From: Nitrospirales bacterium
GTDB taxonomy: Bacteria > Nitrospirota > Nitrospiria > Nitrospirales > UBA8639
Assembly: GCA_965203295.1 (NCBI GenBank)
Contig: CBDBCZ010000017.1
Location: 2,304,001-2,368,000, forward strand
Direction of reading: 5' to 3'
DNA length: 64,000 bases
Shown here: positions 12,601-23,270 of the stretch, in pieces
Layout: every line of letters starts with the position of its first letter
How positions within the stretch are numbered: the stretch's first letter is position 1
Translations under genes and position numbers: made by a program
Notes under the pieces: model-generated
Seen by the model: only the letters and a program-made list of their open reading frames with translations
What the model was told of the DNA's origin: nothing
Database searches by the model: none

Positions 12601-14970
12601 AGCGTCAGACTTGCTGGATGCGGCTGGTGGTGTAGTGTCAGACTCGGATGCGGCTGGTGGTGTAGCGTCACACTTGCTGGATGCGGCTGGTGGTGTAGCG
12701 TCAGACTCGGATGTGGCTGGTGGTGTAGCGTCGGACTCGGATGCGGCTGGTGGTATAGCGTCAGACTCGGATGCGGTTGGTGGTGTAGCGTCAGACTTGC
12801 TGGATGCGGCTGGTGGTGTAGCGTCAGACTCGGATGTGGCTGGTGGTGTAGTGTCAGACTCGGATGCGGCTGGTGGTGTAGCGTCAGACTTGCTGGATGC
12901 GGCTGGTGGTGTAGCGTCAGACACAGATGCGGCTGGTGGTGTAGCGTCAGACTCGGATACGGCTGGTGGTGTAGCGTCAGACTTGCTGGATGCGGCTGGT
13001 GGTGTAGCGTCAGACTCGGATGCGGCTGGTGATGTAGCGTCAGACTTGCTGGATGCGGCTGGTGGTGTAGCGTCAGACTCAGATGTGGCTGGTGGTGTAG
13101 CGTCAGACTCAGATGCGGCTGGTGGTGTAGCGTCAGACTCGGATGCGACTGGTGGTGTAGCGTCAGACTTGGATGCGGCTGGTGGTGTAGCGTCAGACTC
13201 GGATGTGGCTGGTGGTGAAGCGTCAGACTCGGATGCGGCTGGTGGTGTAGCGTCAGACTCGGATGCGGCTGGTGGTGTAGCGTCAGACTCGGATGCGGCT
13301 GGTGGTGTAGCGTCAGACTCGGATGCGGCTGGTGGTGTAGCGTCAGACTTGCTGGATGCGGCTGGTGGTGTAGCGTCAGACTCGGATGCGGCTGGTGGTG
13401 TAGCGTCAGACTCGGATGCGGCTGGTGGTGTAGCGTCAGACTCGGATGCGGCTGGTGGTGTAGCGTCAGACTCGGATTCGGCTGGTGGTGTAGCGTCAGA
13501 CTCGGATGTGGCTGGTGGTGTAGCGTCAGACTCGGATGCGGCTGGTGGTGTAGCGTCAGACTCGGATGCGGCTGGTGGTGTAGCGTCAGACTCGGATGCG
13601 GCTGGTGGTGTAGCGACAGACTCGGATGCGGCTGGTGGTGTAGCGTCAGACTCGGATGCGGCTGGTGGTGTAGCGTCAGACTCGGATGCGGCTGGTGGTG
13701 TAGCGTCAGACTTGCTGGATGCGGCTGGTGGTGTAGCGTCAGACTCGGATGTGGCTGGTGGCGTAGCGTCAGACTCGGATGTGGCTGGTGGTGTAGCGTC
13801 AGACTCGGATGTGGCTGGTGGTGTAGCGTCAGACTCGGATGTGGCTGGTGGTGTAGCGTCAGACTCGGATGTGGCTGGTGGCGTAGCGTCAGACTCGGAT
13901 GTGGCTGGTGGTGTAGCATCAGACTCAGATGCGGCTGGTGGTGTAGCGTCAGACTCGGATGTGGCTGGGGTAGTATCAAGCCCATCAACACATATAATCG
14001 TTCCACTGGGCTTCTCGGCTACAGAAATTAATGTAGATACAAGATAGTAAACAATGCTGATACATGTAGGTCCTTTGCAAATGCAGTGAGACATATGGTT
14101 AAAGGTCATCTAGACAGGAAGTGTTGCAGTAGTGTACTTTTATTAGCCACTTATTAATAATCAATAAGCATGGAAGCTTTGAAGTTCTTGGTTAGACACC
14201 ATCCCTGTGTACATAACACCTTTAACACCGGCTTAAAAATCCATTTGCAGTACAGTAGTGTTGGCATAATACATGTACTTGCCTTTGGAACTTTTCTTCT
14301 TCTCTGCAGTCTTTGAAACTGTCTGTTTTCCTCTACTTCGCTTCCCAGGCTTTGAGCCTGGTTCATTCTCCTTCCCCCTAGGTCTTTTTCCAGCTTTTGT
14401 TTATGGGCCTGAGATGAGGAGAGTAGCATAAAGTACACATGCACATTTGTTTTCATACAAACTGGTGTGTACCTGCTGTGGTGTTCACAGGGTCCGCCTT
14501 GTTTGTTGAGTCCTCAAGAGTAGCTGTCTCACCAAAAGGCAACCACTGTCCTCCTTCAAACTTTCTTTCGTAGTCTTTCATCTCACTCTCAGTACCTGTA
14601 ATATGTAATGATAGATATAAACATATGAAGTAGTCAAGAGTAAGTAACAGTGCCATTAGCCAAGAGTCAGCAACATATAAGTTAGCTACACGTACATCCG
14701 CATTGTATGCATGCTACTAACCTAGTTGTAGGCTCAATTTCCCAGCTTTTATGGCATAGTAGAAGCTAGTCAGGCGCTAGCTCGTGAAAGAACTAGGCTG
14801 CCTGCTTCTCATGCTAAGATCAGGCCATGCAAGCGAGCAAGCTCAGCCTATATTAAATACAGGCCGCTCGCATGTGCAAGCTAGGGCCAGACATCTTAGT
14901 TAAAAGCTACACAGTATTAAAACTTACTGCGCTTCTCTTGAAGCTGTTTCAGCTGTTGTCTCAGTGACAT
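9682..14970 (-). CDS. BEN-domain-like protein with giant 10/11-aa S/D/A/T/P repeat, 4 predicted exons (14970-14928, 14595-14473, ~14408-14283, 14018-9682); exon 3 has an in-frame TAA
   Basis: Splice sites in consistent phase 1 (GC donor on exon 3); 4.3-kb open terminal exon; coiled-coil-like segment (LEVEVAELAQKLKDVAERQ) and C-terminal LAVKLAKEAIFG...CT..G...LP...LK...F.QFPQYW...FESVW..C...VGQACKRLR resembling a BEN domain; paralogue at 17696-25605. Confidence 0.7.
10722..13970. repeat. Coding minisatellite, 30-bp unit with 33-bp variant, roughly 105 copies
   Basis: GCTGGTGGTGTAGCGTCAGACTCGGATGCG tandem array; variant ...GACTTGCTGGATGCG; encodes SESDATPPAA / SSKSDATPPAA on the minus strand. 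Confidence 0.98.
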
Positions 14971-15034
14971 TGCGCAATTGTAGCTTCTCGAGAGAATGGC
15001 ACACAGTCTGCTTTTCCAATCGTTTGACAACTTT

Positions 15035-15211
15035 TGACACGTCAACGTGTAAACGCTCCGTACTACGCTCCGTACCGTTTTAATTTTATCGTTCTACGTT
15101 CCGGTCCGTTTCGGTTTCTTAGCGTTGCGCGCAACACGGAACGCAAACGCTCACACCGTAGAACGACTGTACTACGAAGACGGAACGTAAACTTTTTATT
15201 GACCGCTACTG
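15035..15211. mobile_element. Solo right TIR/subterminal region of a Tc1-like element upstream of the first BEN gene
   Basis: Reverse complement CAGTAGCGGTCAATAAAAAGTTTACGTTCCGTCTTCGTAGTAC, followed by TA on the + strand; homologous to the TIRs at 16454 and 25870; no partner TIR found. Confidence 0.75.
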
Positions 15212-16622
15212 TAGGTGGTTCAGTCCCATCGCTGATTCTGACTTTGACATTTAGTATTTCTGCTACCACTCTATGCCTGCATACATCATCATGATTGTAA
15301 CTGTGCACTTGCAATGGATATTTTTCAGACTTCATCAAAATGGTGTGCTACAATTATTTTCCCAGAAATGATTGTGTCTGTTTATGTCTGATCATGTCAG
15401 ACCAAACCTCAGTCTGGTCTGACAATTTGTCAGGCACATACAGAAAATTATAATTGTCTCTGGGTTGATGTTTGGATTGAGCAGCGTATGCATAATTTGA
15501 ATTGCGGCATATTTTGGAGGTAGTGTTTCAAATATTGGGACACCAAAGTCATTCCTACAGTGTGACAAGAAGTACAGAAAGTATTATTATTATTATAATG
15601 CCTCAGCACCAACAGTACATAGTATCCCTTTGAGTGTGATAAGCTATCAATACGTATGCCTATGCCTAGCAAATGCTTCTGCATATCGTGGCAGGTGTAC
15701 ACCGCAAGGGGTCACACTTGCCAATAAAGCAATACATGCTTGTGGTAGCTAAATGTCAGGCACTGTCTTTATTATACTATTGTGCAAGAATTTAACACAA
15801 GAAATTGTGATTCTAGGAATTTATTAGGAGTCTAATCTAGCACAAGTCCATGACTAATTATTTTAAGCTGAATCCACAAGAGGTTTACAACTCCAGGAAA
15901 TATACTTTGCAAGTAATAGTTAAAGGTCAGATTGGGTGAATAGCATTATAGACTATTAGCTAAAACAACTGTTAATCAGCTAAGTCCACAAATTTAATAG
16001 GGTCTGAGCCTTCACTAATTGGCTCTTCTGAGTCTTCTGGGTTGTGCTGCTGCTGTTGCCTATCAAAATGCTTGTGAAACCTTGGTCTATCTCTTGGGAC
16101 AAACAAAACAAAAAACCGGCATTTCTCAAAGCCTCCACCAAAAGATTCCCTAAATCACTCTTCTGGGTTGTGCTGCTGCTGTTGCCTATCAAACTGCTTG
16201 TGACACTGTGATGCAACTAATTTCTGTCCCTACCTTCTATCGGGAGCACATGAATCAATCATAGGCTCCTACTTGTACACAAGACCGAAACTATTAGTTG
16301 AAGTAGCTACATTGATTGATATGTACCTGCACTCAATTAGTGCGTGGGCACATAAACACATCACAGCACACGTCAATTAATACCAGGCCTTTCCCCTTGC
16401 TTTTTCTCCACGGCCGCAAGGCAAAAGTTGGGGTGGTAAGGACTGAAAACCTACAGTAGTGGACAAAAAAAAGTTGCCGTTCCGTTTTCGTAGTACGATC
16501 GTACAATGGTTAATCAATTGAGCGTTCGGAATACGTATGAAAATCGTACTATGTTCCGTGCGTTCCGTTTCGAAATCGTTCCGTTTTGCGTCATTTCAAA
16601 CACGTGTGAAAGTGCAGCTGCT

Positions 16623-17539
16623 ATGGTTTACAGTACGTATAAGAAGCAGAGGATTCTTTACCTTCACTTCCGAGGCTTTAAGCCTCCAACCATAGTGAAA
16701 TTGTTGCTAGAAGAGAAGATGAAAGCAAGCAGATGGGGGGTAGCGAAATTTCTCAAGCGGTTTCGGGAAGACGGCACTATTTTGCGGCGGGTTGGCACGA
16801 GAAGGCCTTCGAAGGTCACAGCGGAGGTGAAAGCCATCGTCGAGGAGCAGATGAGACTCGACGATGAAACTACAGCCTTTCAGCTCCACCGACTGCTAAC
16901 AGAGAAGGGCTACGATTTGACACGTCGCACTATCCTTCATTGTAGGACGCAGCTGGGGTGGACATTCAGGGGCAGCTCGTACTGCCAGCTGATTCGAGTC
17001 GCTAATAAGGAAAAGCGTCTCGCGTGGGCCCTGCGAAACAGAAACGGTACCTTTGAGGATGTTGTCTGGTCGGATGAATCTTCAATTCAGCTTGAGACCC
17101 ATCGAAGGTTCTGTTGCCGAAAGAAAGGAGAACGGCCACGCAACAAACCAAGGTTTGTGATAGTAATATGTACATATGCAGCTAAGCTACACTGATTCCG
17201 TTTGCTGCTGATGTGTTTCCGGAGGGATTTCGGTTCATGCAAGATAATGATCCGAAACACACGTCAAGACATGGCAAGGCATGGATTGAGAGCAAGGGTC
17301 TGAACTGGTGGAAGATGCCAGCGGAATCTCCGGACTTGAACCCAATCGAGAACCTTCGGCACGAGCTCAAGGAGTTCCTGAGGCGGGAGATCAAGCCTAG
17401 GACGAAGGAAGCCCTCGTTGACGGCATTGAGACTTTTTGGAGAACAGTAGACAAGGCACAATGTGCTCGCTATATACGGCATCTGCGCAAAGTGATTCCA
17501 CGCGTTATCGAACTAAATGGAGATGCCACTGGGTATTGA
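16623..17539 (+). pseudogene. Tc1 family DD34E transposase with internal deletion
   Basis: N-terminal HTH region, VVWSDES, then FMQDNDPKH...SPDLNPIE (34 residues between D and E); after the donor at ~17153 the acceptor and the expected VWAG-type segment are missing. Confidence 0.88.
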
Positions 17540-18214
17540 CGTTGTTTCTTATGCAAGTAAATTTTCTTTGACAAGATAAACTGTATATTACTGTCCAATG
17601 CATTTATGATATAATACGGCTTATAATATGATACATGTAATAAAAAATAGCATGTAAAAGAAAAGCAACAGCAGGCAAAATGAATGTAGACAAGCTTATC
17701 GAAGTCTCTTGCATGCTTGTCCAACAGCATTGAAGCAAACACCCCATACGCTTTCGAACTCGACTGGGTTTGACCAGTACTGGGAAAATTGGTCAAACAT
17801 CACTTCTTTTAGAAAGTTTAGTTCGTCGTTTGGTAGTGCAGGAAGCTCTCTACTTCCGCCAGGAGTGCACTGTGCAAGGACTGCGTCACCAAAGATGGCT
17901 TGACGGGCTAACTTCACTGCTAGTGTTCCAGCTTTACACTCTCCTCGCAATTTGGGGTGTTCCTGGATGACACGACTGGCTGGCTTCAATTTTTCTTTGT
18001 TGATAGCAGAAGACGATAATGCGAGCTATGTTCGCCTTCCAAAAATGGAAGCTTTGTGGCACCTACAAATCATCCAAATCTGGAAGAATATTGTGAACAA
18101 ACAATAATCATCCAAATTTGGATGATTTTCGACTGATTTTTCCTCTATAGAGACTGAAAGAACAAATTTCATCCAAATATGGAAGAGGTTTTTCTTCCCA
18201 TTTTGGAAGTCATT

Positions 18215-18640
18215 TTAAATCTTCCATTATTGGAAGACTTTGCCCATCCAGTTTTGGAACCTTATTTATAGTCTTCCATTATTGGAAGAGCCTTCTCATC
18301 CAGTTTTGGAACTTTATATAAATTAATATAGTCTTCCATTATCGGAAGAACCTTCTCATCCCGTTTTGGAACTTTATATAGTCTTCCATTATTGGAAGAA
18401 CATAGTCTTCCGTTATTGGAAGAATCTTCTCATCCAGTTTTGGAGCATTATATAAATTAACATAGTCTTCCATTATTGGAAGAATCTTCTCATCCAGTTT
18501 TGGAACCTTATTTAAATTAATATAGTCTTCCATTATTGGAAGAATCTTCTCATCCAGTTTTGGAACCTTATATAAGTTAATATAGTCCTCCGTTATTGGA
18601 GAATCTTCTCATCCAGTTTTGGAACTTTATTTAAATTAAT
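18215..18640. repeat. Left subterminal ~60-bp minisatellite of KDZ element
   Basis: TAGTCTTCCATTATTGGAAGAATCTTCTCATCCAGTTTTGGAAC units; inverse of 22768-23270. Confidence 0.9.
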
Positions 18641-18649
18641 ACATAATAG

Positions 18650-21389
18650 ATAAACATTTACAAAGAGAGATGGCTGAGGCTAAGCTTGCATGATTTATCC
18701 ATGTTCTTTAAAGCAAGAAACAATGCACAATGTAACTTAAAATTATCAATACTCATATGCACGCAAGTTGTCCACGAATTTTCTGCAGCCCAGAATTTGC
18801 TTGCTCATAGACTTGCGAGTTTATTTCCTTTACTCTTTTGTCGGCATATCCATCAAGGCAGTATCCCCTAGAACAGCCTACATGTCCCCGCCAGTGGAAC
18901 CGGTCAACAAGAAACCGAGTTTTTTGAAAAAAGCGGGGCTCTCGATTGAGACAGTACATATGCAGTCTGCAGGCATTGTCGTAGATTATCATGTCTGGTG
19001 GCTGTGGGAATCGGGTTTTGAAAATTGAAAATGGGTGTCGTGGTGATTCACATCGCTCCAGAATCTCAAAGCCATAGCATACCCCATGCTGGCAATATAT
19101 TGTAAAAATTCCTGGAGAAAGGGTCGGATGGCCGTAGGAGTTCTTCCGGCAAGAGTCTTGCTCCGATCTGCTCGCTACTCTGTCGGCTTCATATGCTGCA
19201 TCTCCATGGAGCTTTGGTAGGCTGGGAAAAAAGCTAAGGGGATGTTCTGTTGGTGTAGGGTAGACACTGGTAAGGGGTGGTGAGCCTTGGAATGGTGCAG
19301 TAAGAATACGGAGGAGGAGATGAAGGAGTTTACGAACATCTTCTGGTAACACCCCATCTTCAGTTGGACATGTATTGATGAACTGTGCCAGAACTGGTGC
19401 ATGCTGCTGAATCTCACCTAGCTCTGTATGGTGCACTGAGTTTCTCAGATCTATTTGACCATCAGCCACTGCTGTGATGATCTGCAGTACTTTCTTGTGA
19501 CCAGCTACCTGCAAATGAATTCGGCAATATATTAGTTATCCATCTCCTGCCTTGGTACAAACGGTCCTACAGTATGTTTGGTTACCTACTGCAGAATAAC
19601 AATAACATTATTCATACCTGCAAAAGCCCACAGATTGGTGAGCTTCGAGACAGCTCACTAAGAAAGAGCCGGTATGGTTCTGGAGAACTCCTTCCATTCT
19701 CATGCACCAGCCTCTGTATCACTTCTGCAAGAGAAGAAAGATCCTCTGCTCGTAGCAGCCTGTCTAGTTGCTGCAGGTCAGCAGAAGTCAGCTGAGAAGG
19801 ATTTCTCAAACGCTTTCTATCCCTTGAATACCCACTGAACTGGAGAAGCAGTTCTCGAGCTTTTTGACTCCTAATGAGTACCCTCTCCGCATGCTGGCTT
19901 CCCGAGATATAGGCTTTCTCTTCTTCTGCAGCTCTACCAGATTCAACCTGAAGAAAAGGGGAGATGTGTTACTCATGCGGCTGTTAACAGCTGCAGTGTA
20001 GTAGGGCGCATAAAATGAAGATATGCAGTAAAAGTGTAATATTGTTTCTCTTGGCATACCTGACACTGTTCCAAAAGGTCCTTCCGGAAACTTATCATGG
20101 TACCATCGCAAACCACCACTTTTGGGGTGGGTCCGCAGAGTGGACAGACAAATGACTCTTGCCAGTTGATATCCTTCTTTCCACTTTCATAGAGGTCATG
20201 CAGCTCCCTGAGATAGCCTGGTAGAGGGTATGGAACTTTCCTAAGCATAGAAAGAATGTAGTTAGCTATACCCATGATGCTATATATCATATTATTGGGG
20301 CAAGCGTGAGCGAGCCCCCCCTTAGTGCTGTGAATGGCAATTTTGTCTGTCCGTCCGTCCGTCCGTACGGATGCATGGTCCTATATACCGCAAATACTTC
20401 AAATACCTATTTCAATGACATGCCCTCGCTCACGCTCACCCCACAATGCTCTGCATTCACTAGTTATGTACACGGTATACAAAAACATCACTTACTTGTA
20501 GGAGTAGCAATGGTAGGTTGGGCTTGCATCTGATTCTGGCGCACTCTCAAGCTCTATATCTTGCTCCTCACACCATTCCTCAAATGCTCGGACGTGATTG
20601 CAGTGCCCACTACACAGAAGGCATTGAAGTTTTGGAGTACGCTTCCGTCCAATCAGTCCATAACTGCTCCCATCAAATACAGCAGCTAAAAGCGGTTGAA
20701 GGGTAAGGATATCAGCAGAGACCTGACTGTTCTGTAGGGCCTCATCCTCCTCTTCTCCATGCTCCCTACTGCCAACATCACTAGAAAAGTGAAGGTATTG
20801 GAATGCACGCCTGCAGGACAGAATATATAGTACGATTATTAATGTTATCCACAGCCATGCACTAGCTATGCATGCATCATGTACTCACCTGTGTATGCAG
20901 TAGAGAGAGACCTCTCTATCCTTGAACTGCTGTAGGTTTTCGGTGATTACAGAACTGGTGGCATGCAGACGCGCACTCTGATCAAGAGATGATGGACATG
21001 AGCAGGTTAGGAGCTTTATCTCTGAGGTCTGGTCATGAAAGTGTACTGGTTGAAGGAGGCAATAGTCACGAACGAGTTCTCCATTGGAAGCACAGTTTGC
21101 CAAGATGAATGCTTCTTGCGGGTGTAGACAAAAGAAACGACCAGCTGCCTTCAAGTTGCGGACATATACCACATCTTTGGAGAAAGCCCCAACCTATAAT
21201 GATTTATAATATTATATTGTAATTCTGAGCTACACAGGATTAATATATAGCTACTGTCCGACAAACCTTAGCCGGTTGTGCAGTGTGATTACTTTGAACT
21301 GTTGTCTTGTGTTTCTGCTTGACATCTGTTGCTGGATTCTTCTTCGTCGTCCTAGTTTTCACTTGAATTCCTTTTCTTCTGCTTGACAT
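18650..21389 (-). CDS. KDZ/CxC-type transposase, multi-exon (possibly internally deleted)
   Basis: In-phase exons 21389-21267, 21193-20889, 20810-~20495, then ~20240 onward; motifs FVCPLCGPTPKVVVCDGT, C.K......TLSPGIFTIYCQHGVCYGF, ES, IIYDNAC, LVDRFHWRGHVGC, INSQVYEQANS. Confidence 0.82.
20292..20464 (+). mobile_element. Short DINE-1/HINE-like element in an intron of the KDZ transposase
   Basis: ATTGGGGCAAGCGTGAGCGAG start, (GTCC)n microsatellite, inverted CTCGCTCACGCTCACCCCA, small hairpin ATGCTCTGCAT, ending CTAGT. Confidence 0.6.
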
Positions 21390-21710
21390 TGTTTCTGCTT
21401 TGAGATACCGTTTGACAAAGCTCTACACCTGCTTATATATCCAATCTTTCTCCTTGACGTCACCATCATTACTCCAGAGTTGTCAATTAACGCTGCATAC
21501 TTACAAGCACTGCCGGTACTGCTGTACCAGCGCGTACTCGACGTCACCATACAGCTGACTTTAATCTCGAGCGACAAGCGCGCGACCAAGAGAGGTATAT
21601 AAGCAAACAAATTACCATCAGTCCTATAGCTGTTACATGCGCTACAAATTCTCCGAACCCTAAAGAATCTCCGAATTCGAACTCACCTCACTACCGGCGA
21701 TCCTAGTATT

Positions 21711-22654
21711 ATGGCAGGGAAGCGGACCAACGACGCGAGGGACATCAAGCGGAAGATCGAGAAGGTGCAAAAGGCGTGCGCCGAACTGAAAGATCTAGGT
21801 GTAGCAATGGGAGTCATTTACTCATCCAAGAAAACGAACGGGCTACACTTCTTTGGAGACCAACGCATCACCTCAGTTGTCGAGATGCACAAAGACGAAA
21901 TCCTGCTAAATACCGCGTGGTTTGACGATGAGAACGAGGATCCAGAACGAATCGAGGATCGTGATCCAGGTTTCATTCTCCCGTCGCTCCCAGCTGAACT
22001 GCAAACCCTTAACGGGGTGACGCTCAAGGCAGTGATAGCGGGTCTCGTCAATGATCTGGGCTTAACTTGGAAGTCTGAAAAACCATGCTGGTGGCCTTCT
22101 GAGTTTCCCTTTCGACACCCAAAAACGCCACCAGAAAATTGTGGTAAGTGCGGCCTATATTCTAATTATAGCCTCCGTAGTGGCGCTGCAACGCAGGTAC
22201 TTAATTAAAAAGCTTATGTTTGTATTTACTGTCACCATATTAAACTTTTCCCCTAACTACAGGCAACTGGAGTAATGGAATGCGTCGCATTATTGCAGCA
22301 TGTTACAGCTACTATGGCCACAGTGTAGGTGACTATGTCCTACCACAACTAGAAGACCCTAGGGAAAGGAAGATTATACCTGATGACTTGAGTCACCCAC
22401 CCATGCCTCCAATTACCCCACTTCGGACTTCCACGCCACGGCATTCGAGCAACCTTCTGACTTCTCCCTGCGTCCTCAGTCCTCTACCCCCAACACCACG
22501 ACGCCCGACTTCTGCCACCCTAAGTCCTCTACCACCAACACCACAATGTCGCCAGGTTTCAACACAGTCCCCTCCATTCAAGAGAACCAAACTATCACAT
22601 AATCCCAAACAGTTCACTCCACTGGCTGTACGTAGACCTAGAAGGAATCTGTAG
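21711..22654 (+). CDS. NRF1/EWG-like DNA-binding-domain protein (274 aa; exons 21711-22143, 22263-22654)
   Basis: GT-AG phase-1 intron joins both ORFs; FFGDQRITSVVEMHKDEIL, LPSLP...L....LKAVI, W.SEKPCWWPSEFPF, W..GMRRIIAACYSYYG parallel NRF1 VFGAAPLENVV, LPPL, KPIWWPEDIPW, SWTQALRTIVKNCYKQHG (recalled); Pro/Ser/Thr-rich tail. Confidence 0.72.
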
Positions 22655-22767
22655 ATGATGTCTTAATCCTGTTTTTAGTGGTTTATATAGGTTTGGTAAT
22701 GTGTGTTGTGTGAACATTATAAAAGTTTCAACACTGGATGACAAATTTAATTTAAATGACCAATATC

Positions 22768-23270
22768 AGATGAGAAGATTCTTCCAATAATGGAAGACTA
22801 TATTAATTTAAATAAGGTTCCAAAACTGGATGAGAAGATTCTTCCAATAATGGAAGACTATATTAATTTAAATAAGGTTCCAAAACTGGATGAGAAGATT
22901 CTTCCATTAATGGAAGACTATATTATTTTAAATAAGGTTCCAAAACTGGATGAGAAGATTCTTCCAATAATGGAAGACTATATAAAGTTCCAAAACTGGA
23001 TGAGAAGATTCTTCCAATAATGGAAGACTATATTAATTTAAATAAGGTTCCAAAACTGGATGAGAAGATTCTTGCAATAATGGAAGACTATATCATTTTA
23101 AATAAGGTTCAAAAACTGGATGAGAAGATTCTTCCGATAATGGAAGACTATGTTAATTTATATAAAGTTCCAAAACTGGATGAGAACATTCTTCCGATAA
23201 TGGAAGACTATATTAATTTATACAAAGTTCCAAAATTGGATGTGAAGGTTCTTCCAATAATGGAAGATTT
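22768..23270. repeat. Right subterminal ~60-bp minisatellite of KDZ element
   Basis: GATGAGAAGATTCTTCCAATAATGGAAGACTATATTAATTTAAATAAGGTTCCAAAACTG, about 8 copies. Confidence 0.92.

Noticed and set aside
10722..13970. CRISPR array, or E. coli Chi (GCTGGTGG) cluster
   Set aside because: Units are head-to-tail without unique spacers and there are no cas genes; the Chi octamer is a coincidence of Pro-Pro-Ala codons in eukaryotic DNA.
10512..14047. Overlapping 1164-aa His-rich and 1170-aa antisense ORFs
   Set aside because: Shadows of a stop-free 30/33-bp repeat; only the SESDATPPAA frame connects to splice sites and the conserved C-terminal domain.
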